Source: Macrostomum hystrix
Taxonomy: Eukaryota; Animalia; Platyhelminthes
Length of the DNA stretch: 64,000 nucleotides
Direction: 5' to 3'
Assembly (NCBI GenBank): GCA_950097015.1
Contig: CATNEN010000030.1
Location: forward strand, 1,550,001-1,614,000
The notes beneath the pieces were generated by a model that had not been told where the DNA came from, made no database searches, and saw nothing but the letters and a program-made list of their open reading frames with translations. Below, in pieces: positions 11,462 through 64,000 of the stretch (position 1 is its first letter; the number at the start of each line of letters is the position of its first letter). The position numbers and the translations under genes are program-made.

Positions 11462-11725
11462 TTGATTTGATTCTGCGATGACGCCACATTTTTTTCACGT
11501 GCTGTGCTATAGAGAAGGCTTTGTGGCTTTTTGTGCAATTTGCACCCTTGAGGGCCAACCTCTGTGGCACAGAAGCAGTGTACACACCTGTGTATTGTAT
11601 CTGTGTGTGTGTGTATGCTCAGGAGTCAGTAAAATGGGCAGAATTGCCTCCTCACCTCAGGGTCTAGTGTCACCAAATGATGTGCCATTTTCTGCAGCCC
11701 TCCTGCAATTAATCTTATTATTTTA
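11462..11725 (+). mobile_element. SINE-like element, family 2, copy b (5' truncated, CpG-decayed)
   Basis: Colinear blocks shared with 5320-5640. Confidence 0.6.
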
Positions 11726-12566
11726 AGGGTAGATAGTATCAATATATATTTACTCAACAATAGTTCAATTGTTGAGTAAATTATTTAGCAAATGAATAAT
11801 ATATTAGTAGACGATATCTTTAGGTCTGTTGTAAAATAAGTTGATACTGATTGTAATTAGCTTTACAGCTACATAAATCAGTGTTCATGTAACATAGTAT
11901 TTTATTAAATCGTAAAATCTGAGTAAAATTAGTGAACTCTAATCCACCATTATATCAGATTAGGCTACAGATTATCTGTCACCAAAGCTATCATTTATGA
12001 CTTTATGGATTAAATCAGAAATTAAAGTACTGACATCTGCATTCTGACAGTAAGTTAGCTATTTTTACATTACAAGTACACTATTTTTGTGATTTACTCC
12101 TTTATTTTATTGATCTGCTGCCCTAGTGATCTGTATGGGTTATCTTAGCTTAATTTAAAGTACTCATTGCGAGCATAATTTGCAAGATGTACAGGGTTTC
12201 AGTGAGCCTGCATTTACCACTCTTTTTTCGTGCATCGTTTGTAGTTTTCAAATTCTGTTATATAATAATTAAGTGCATTTTAGAGAGCGGAGAGATCTCA
12301 ACTGTGCCGAGTAATTGTCCGAGCTCATGCCTAATATGAGCCATTTGTATACATTATTTTTTCACACGCGCGTACACGCCCTCCAACTGTTAGCTGGCTG
12401 CATTCTTTCACTGTTTTCTCTCCTAGGCCACCCTGTCTTTACTCTCAAGTGGCCCACACCACACAGTCTTGTCTCCTGGGCCTGGCTTCTGGCTTGCCTA
12501 GCCCGCGGGATTAAGACTCACTCTTAGTGAGTCTGTCACTGAGCCCAGTTGAGCTGGCCAACTCAC

Positions 12567-12625
12567 CACCGCAGCCACCGCCGCCGCCTGAACTAATTTC
12601 GCCCTAAGGGTTCGGGTCCATAACA
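12567..12625 (-). other. Candidate non-coding 5' exon of the CEP350-like gene
   Basis: GC-rich stretch ending in ggtg|gtgagt (donor at 12566-12561), at the boundary between CpG-poor and CpG-containing DNA; the acceptor at 7128 needs an upstream partner. The 5' limit is arbitrary; trans-splicing is an alternative. Confidence 0.35.
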
Positions 12626-15283
12626 CAGTTAGTTGTCTGACTCAATGCTATCTTCTAGCTTTATAATTGGTTTTCGCGCTAATCCAATTTGGCTTGCCTT
12701 TTCTTTCTCATAGACCATGGGATTAAAACCGCTCGTTAGGAGATCGCTTGTGTAAATCTGCGCTTTGGTGACTTTATATGCAATAGCTAGTATTTGTGAA
12801 CAAGTAATGAACAGCCTTTCAAATTGGAACACTTGAATAGTCGCTGACTCGCCACTATCTGCGTGTGTGTTTTTCAACCCCTACTGGCTGTCTATTTTAC
12901 ATTTAGAGTTTTAATTTTCTTAACAACCGCTTCTTTTGACAAGTTGGAGCTAATTGACAGTGTCTAGTCCGAAACACCTGTGTCCTTCGATGGATTGTAG
13001 TTGCAGGGCTGTCAAAGATTAACAGTAACTAGCACGACTGTTCGCGTGTTGCGGCTAAAATCCGAGCTTTTGAAGTCTGTTAGAGACACAGAGAGTTCTC
13101 TTTCGGCCCGAAATTCGAGTTCTATTCTCAAATTAATTATTTTTTTATCGGCCTTCATCCTCCTATCAAACTTGCAATCTATTAGTTGGCCTCGGGAGAA
13201 TAAATCTCAATTCTTCTGACAAACTTTTTTCTTAACTAGCTTCTTGGCCCAAAATAGAGAAGCCAATGGATATTTTATAGGCTCGAGAGAGAGAGAAGAG
13301 AATTTCACTTTATTTATTCGATTATCGCGATTCGGACTGGCTCAGTAGAGCCTTGGGTAGAACCAACAGTTCACTTCTATTATTTTCATTGTCAATATAG
13401 GATAATTGGTAATGCGCATTTGATACATTATGTATTAGTTGCCTGGTATAGTTTTTACTATCTACCGAATGTCAATTCATGCGTGCAAAATAACTATTTT
13501 CAGCAGGCAGGATGGATATTGGATTGGGGGGATTATGTATAGAGTGTAAATATATGAGTTGGCTTGAGCAAAATCGCTTCCGCTAACTGCAGTTTTTGCT
13601 GTTCTCTCTCTCTCAAGTGCTATTATATTTTAGCCTGCTATGCAACTCAACCAAGCCTATAGCCTTATCTGCGTTAGCCTCGCTGACATTGTGAATTTCA
13701 ATTTGATACTCCGAGGATTGCATTGCTGTTTGCCATTTCGCTTATTTTATTAGCTTAAAGCTTAGTGGAGCGTTTATAAGCCCGACTAGATATGCGCTGC
13801 GGCCTGGTCAGAGTCTTACTAATTTGTCCTTCTCTACGAAATCGTGCAGTCCAAAGGTCTTCGTTGCGTTTCTGTTTTGGTTTTTAGTTCAATCGGAGCT
13901 GTATAATTATGTGTATATAATGGAAAAAGATTATCGTCTATTTCATGGAACTTACGTGAGAATACCTAGCTATATTACCGCCGGTTTTAATAACAAAGGG
14001 GTGGCGCCCACTGAAATTAGTTTGAACACCACTGATTTGTGTTATGTACTCTGTTGCTTCAACTGGCGACTTGTTTTGCTCCGTTTAGGCACTGCAAACA
14101 GGTACTCCTACTGTTAATCAGCGTCAGCATTCTCAGCTGCGCGCGTGCCTCATCCATAAAGAAACTGAACGATGCGTGTGGGTAGATTAAAAACTATTTG
14201 GCACATGCAGCGGTTGTTTTCTTAGAATAAGACGCGCTCGCACAAAGACGGCAGAGAGATTCGGCAACAAGCAACGCCCAGGAAGCTGAACCCGATCGTT
14301 ACCGGCGATGGGGTGGGGCAGGTGTGCAAATGAATAGATAAGAAAAACAGCAGCAGAAATGCGTCTTTTTGTCTGTTCGGGTGGGTAGGCTCGACTCAAA
14401 AGAGATAATTACTGAGAAGAGAAAAAGGTGCAGTATTTTGGGAAAAGCGCAGGTAGATGAAAACCACCTTATTTTCTTGCTATGCAGTCGAATTTCTCCC
14501 TTAGTGGGTGCCTGCCTGCATGCTGCCTGTAAATTCATTTATTCAATGTTGCTAAATAATTAAGCCAGTTGAAAATGAAGTCAAGAGAGGAGATCCATTG
14601 ATGGAATTTATTCTTTAAGAGATGCGGAATCCCTCCCACCGGCCTGCAATGACTGGCTATCAGGCGCTGGAATTTTACAGAAATTTTACAGCCTCTGAGT
14701 TATGTGGTGCCTCTACCATCTGTCGGAATCATTCCTTGTCGTTGGTTTTCCATCTCGATATTTCCCATCTAGTCCGAATGACGGAAGCAAGATTAGATTA
14801 TGCGAAAAAATATTTTTTTTATTTAAATCAACGAATACTGAGCGCTAGAAGGGGACACATCGGCTGCATTAGTGTCTGTCCGAATCTGGGAATATTTGAT
14901 ATCGGCTAAATTTCCCAGCCTAAATATGTCCATTTTCTAGCTCTAGTTATTGAAATTGTTGAAATGGCTTTATTTTCCTAGTGAAAAATGCCAGATGCAT
15001 CTCTTCAGCCCCGTTTTACCAATCTGTCTTTGTATTAGACATTTAAAGCATGGAACATTTCAAGTCTAAGCAGTGTTATCCCAATTAATTTCCAGCCGAC
15101 TTTAACGTCAGTTTCTGAGTCGTGCGGTCTTCTTCTTCCGTCGCCCTAACCCCTCCGAGCGTCCAGATTCCAAGATCAGAAAGATCTTGAGCTGGCAGCC
15201 TCGCCCCGCCTTCTACAACCAATCAAGTTTGAGAATCCGTTGACAAGAGCAGCTGCAGCGGTTGCCAGGTAGGCGGGCAGGCA

Positions 15284-59452
<44,169 letters not shown>

Positions 59453-60111
59453 ACCAACAGGCAGTGTTCTGCTGATGCTGCTAATGTACTTTTATTTGTA
59501 GGTCACCGATTTCTCATCGCGTTTCCCCTGTCGGTGTCAAACACTGGCCGCTTTTTGAGATCTCACACTAGAACATCTCACACTAGTGTGAGATTGGAAC
59601 AACTGCTCTAGATTTCACATGGATTTACGCTTCATATAAATTGTCTTAGAAGGATTTGAACAAAAGATTTGTTTGTAAATTAAAAAACTACTTATAGTAT
59701 TTTTATAGTTCACAATGCTTTTTTAAATTCACCCGTATTGCATAGCATAGATGCAAACTTGCAGAGTCTACATTTTTACAATATAATTGCCTCCTGTAAT
59801 ACTCGTACCTTTAGTTAGAATTTTAACACTCACTTCACTCACACGCGTCTTCCCAAACCTGCTGGCTTCTCCGTATTTGCTTACATATTATTGCTTTGAG
59901 TATAGGATTCTATTAATGCTTTTCACTGTGTAGTTATATTTATATATAGACTTTGTATTTCTTATTGACAGTAGACTTCACTTTTTACTAAATTAAATGC
60001 AGATTTTCTATTTCCTTGGTCAACCACTGCTTGTGTCTCTTAGTTTTCTAGAATCGTAATAAGATTTCTCTACGCGAAATAGTAGGAGTAATGTAAGCAC
60101 TTTCGAAAACG

Positions 60112-63100
60112 GAACCGTAGCGAGAATCGAACCAGGAACCGTAGCCAGAATCGAACCAGGAACTGTAGCTAGAATCGAACCAGGAAACGTAGCTAGAATC
60201 GAACCAGGAACCATAGCTAGAATCGAACCAGGAACCGTAGCTAGAATCGAACCAGGAAATGTAGTTAAAATCGAACCAGGAACTGTAGCTAGAATCGAAC
60301 CAGGAACTTTTGCTAGAATCGAAACAGGAACTGTAGCTAGAATCTAACTAGGAACTGTAGCTAGAATCTAACCAGGAACTGTAGCTAGAATCTAACCAGG
60401 AACTGTAGCTAGAATCGAATCAGGAACCCTAGCTAGAATCGAATCAGGAACCCTAGCTAGAATCGAACCAGGAACCCTAGCTAGAATCTAACCAGGAACC
60501 CTAGCTAGAATCTAACTAGGAACCCTAGCTAGAATCGAACTAGGAACCGTAGCTAGAATCGAACCAGGAACCCTAGCTAGAATCTAACTAGGAACTGTAG
60601 CTAGAATCTAACTAGGAACTGTAGCTAGAATCTAACCAGGAACTGTAGCTAGAATCTAACCAGGAACTGTAGCTAGAATCGAACCAGGAACCGTAGCTAG
60701 AATCGAACCAGGAACCGTAGCTAGAATCGAACCAGGAACCGTAGCTAGAATCGAACCAGGAACCGTAGCTAGAATCGAACTAGGAACCCTAGCTAGAATC
60801 TAACCAGGAACCGTAGCTAGAATCGAACCAGGAACCGTAGCTAGAATCGAACCAGGAACCGTAGCTAGAATCTAACCAGGAACCGTAGCTAGAATCGAAC
60901 CAGGAACCGTAGCTAGAATCGAACCAGGAACCCTAGCTAGAATCGAACCAGGAACCCTAGCTAGAATCTAACTAGGAACTGTAGCTAGAATCTAACTAGG
61001 AACCGTAGCTAGAATCGAACTAGGAACCCTAGCTAGAATCTAACCAGGAACCGTAGCTAGAATCGAACCAGGAACCGTAGCTAGAATCGAACCAGGAACC
61101 GTAGCTAGAATCGAACCAGGAACCGTAGCTAGAATCGAACCAGGAACCGTAGCTAGAATCGAACCAGGAACCGTAGCTAGAATCGAACTAGGAACCCTAG
61201 CTAGAATCTAACCAGGAACCGTAGCTAGAATCGAACCAGGAACCCTAGCTAGAATCTAACTAGGAACTGTAGCTAGAATCGAACCAGGAACCCTAGCTAG
61301 AATCTAACTAGGAACTGTTGCTAGAATCTAACTAGGAACCGTAGCTAGAATCGAACCAGGAACCCTAGCTAGAATCTAACCAGGAACCGTAGCTAGAATC
61401 GAACCAGGAACCGTAGCTAGAATCGAACCAGGAACCGTAGCTAGAATCGAACCAGGAACCCTAGCTAGAATCTAACTAGGAACCTGTAGCTAGAATCTAA
61501 CTAGGAACTGTAGCTAGAATCTAACTAGGAACTGTAGCTAGAATCGAACTAGGAACCGAAGCTAGAATCGAACCAGGAACCCTAGCTAGAATCTAACTAG
61601 GAACTGTAGCTAGAATCTAACTAGGAACTGTAGCTAGAATCTAACTAGGAACTGTAGCTAGAATCGAACCAGGAACTGTAGCTAGAATCTAACTAGGAAC
61701 TGTAGCTAGAATCTAACTAGGAACTGTAGCTAGAATCGAACCAGGAACCCTAGCTAGAATCTAACTAGGAACTGTAGCTAGAATCTAACTAGGAACTGTA
61801 GCTAGAATCGAACCAGGAACCCTAGCTAGAATCTAACTAGGAACTGTAGCTAGAATCGAACCAGGAACCCTAGCTAGAATCTAACTAGGAACTGTAGCTA
61901 GAATCGAACCAGGAACCCTAGCTAGAATCTAACCAGGAACCCTAGCTAGAATCTAACTAGGAACCCTAGCTAGAATCGAACTAGGAACCGTAGCTAGAAT
62001 CGAACCAGGAACCCTAGCTAGAATCTAACTAGGAACTGTAGCTAGAATCTAACTAGGAACTGTAGCTAGAATCTAACCAGGAACTGTAGCTAGAATCTAA
62101 CCAGGAACTGTAGCTAGAATCGAACCAGGAACCGTAGCTAGAATCGAACCAGGAACCGTAGCTAGAATCGAACCAGGAACCGTAGCTAGAATCGAACCAG
62201 GAACCGTAGCTAGAATCGAACTAGGAACCCTAGCTAGAATCTAACCAGGAACCGTAGCTAGAATCGAACCAGGAACCGTAGCTAGAATCGAACCAGGAAC
62301 CGTAGCTAGAATCGAACCAGGAACCGTAGCTAGAATCGAACCAGGAACCCTAGCTAGAATCGAACCAGGAACCCTAGCTAGAATCTAACTAGGAACTGTA
62401 GCTAGAATCTAACTAGGAACCGTAGCTAGAATCGAACTAGGAACCCTAGCTAGAATCTAACCAGGAACCGTAGCTAGAATCGAACCAGGAACCGTAGCTA
62501 GAATCGAACCAGGAACCGTAGCTAGAATCGAACCAGGAACCGTAGCTAGAATCGAACCAGGAACCGTAGCTAGAATCGAACCAGGAACCGTAGCTAGAAT
62601 CGAACTAGGAACCCTAGCTAGAATCTAACTAGGAACTGTAGCTAGAATCGAACCAGGAACCCTAGCTAGAATCTAACTAGGAACTGTTGCTAGAATCTAA
62701 CTAGGAACCGTAGCTAGAATCGAACCAGGAACCCTAGCTAGAATCTAACCAGGAACCGTAGCTAGAATCGAACCAGGAACCGTAGCTAGAATCGAACCAG
62801 GAACCGTAGCTAGAATCGAACCAGGAACCCTAGCTAGAATCTAACTAGGAACCCTAGCTAGAATCTAACTAGGAACTGTAGCTAGAATCGAACTAGGAAC
62901 CGAAGCTAGAATCGAACCAGGAACCCTAGCTAGAATCTAACTAGGAACTGTAGCTAGAATCTAACTAGGAACTGTAGCTAGAATCTAACTAGGAACTGTA
63001 GCTAGAATCGAACCAGGAACTGTAGCTAGAATCTAACTAGGAACTGTAGCTAGAATCTAACTAGGAACTGTAGCTAGAATCGAACCAGGAACCCTAGCTA

Positions 63101-64000
63101 GAATCTAACTAGGAACTGTAGCTAGAATCTAACTAGGAACTGTAGCTAGAATCGAACCAGGAACCCTAGCTAGAATCTAACTAGGAACTGTAGCTAGAAT
63201 CGAACCAGGAACCCTAGCTAGAATCTAACTAGGAACTGTAGCTAGAATCGAACCAGGAACCCTAGCTAGAATCTAACTAGGAACTGTAGCTAGAATCGAA
63301 CCAGGAACCCTAGCTAGAATCTAACTAGGAACTGTAGCTAGAATCTAACTAGGAACTGTAGCTAGAATCTAACTAGGAACTGTAGCTAGAATCTAACTAG
63401 GAACTGTAGCTAGAATCGAACCAGGAACCCTAGCTAGAATCTAACTAGGAACCGTAGCTAGAATCTAACCAGGAACCGTAGCTAGAATCGAACCAGGAAC
63501 CGTAGCTAGAATCGAACCAGGAACCCTAGCTAGAATCTAACTAGGAACTGTAGCTAGAATCTAACTAGGAACTGTAGCTAGAATCGAACCAGGAACCCTA
63601 GCTAGAATCTAACCAGGAACTGTAGCTAGAATCTAACTAGGAACCGTAGCTAGAATCGAACCAGGAACCCTAGCTAGAATCTAACCAGGAACTGTAGCTA
63701 GAATCGAACCAGGAACCCTAGCTAGAATCGAACCAGGAACCCTAGCTAGAATCTAACCAGGAACTGTAGCTAGAATCTAACTAGGAACTGTAGCTAGAAT
63801 CTAACTAGGAACCGTAGCTAGAATCGAACCAGGAACCCTAGCTAGAATCGAACCAGGAACCGTAGCTAGAATCGAACCAGGAACCGTAGCTAGAATCTAA
63901 CCAGGAACCGTAGCTAGAATCGAACCAGGAACCGTAGCTAGAATCGAACCAGGAACCCTAGCTAGAATCTAACTAGGAACTGTAGCTAGAATCGAACCAG
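60112..64000. repeat. 24-bp minisatellite ccaggaaccgtagctagaatcgaa, at least ~160 copies, runs off the right edge
   Basis: Period 24; variation at three sites per unit; one single-base insertion near 61484. Confidence 0.98.

Noticed and set aside
11749-11780. Perfect 13-bp hairpin tttactcaacaat-agttca-attgttgagtaaa
   Set aside because: Real, but isolated and AT-rich. There is no basis for a terminator or miRNA call; it may be a small TE remnant.
13330-13375. A-box-like tggctcagtag suggesting a tRNA gene
   Set aside because: No B box or cloverleaf follows; no tRNA or rRNA genes are supported anywhere in the window.

Overview
Eukaryotic (animal) genomic DNA with GC-rich, poly-Q/poly-A-rich exons, AT-rich introns and very many minisatellites. 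The style is reminiscent of the flatworm Macrostomum, but that is an unverified impression. Two divergently oriented spliced genes can be reconstructed by hand. (1) A CEP350-like centrosomal coiled-coil gene on the minus strand: 9 coding exons, 7117 down to 241, continuing off the left edge. It has one probable GC-AG intron and a candidate 5'UTR exon near 12.6 kb. (2) A PPP1R16A/B (MYPT3/TIMAP/MYPT-75D-like) PP1 regulatory subunit on the plus strand: 7 coding exons, 15284-59452, about 582 aa, with RVKF motif, ankyrin repeats and C-terminal CCSVQ CaaX. As given, the sequence carries a +1 frameshift in exon 1; it also has a candidate in-frame 75-nt cassette exon. About 60% of the window is tandem repeat: 11 arrays with unrelated units of 16-37 bp and one of ~169 bp, ten of them in introns. 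Intron 3 of the PP1-regulator gene (24.8 kb) is about 99.7% a single 22-bp minisatellite with no net indel and nested higher-order duplications. Many array units resemble 3' splice sites on the sense strand. Also present: a mariner transposase relic, two SINE-like families (two copies each), a possible MITE and a sharply CpG-depleted segment. The long repeat-derived ORFs in the ORF track are judged artefacts. No tRNA, rRNA or CRISPR features are supported.
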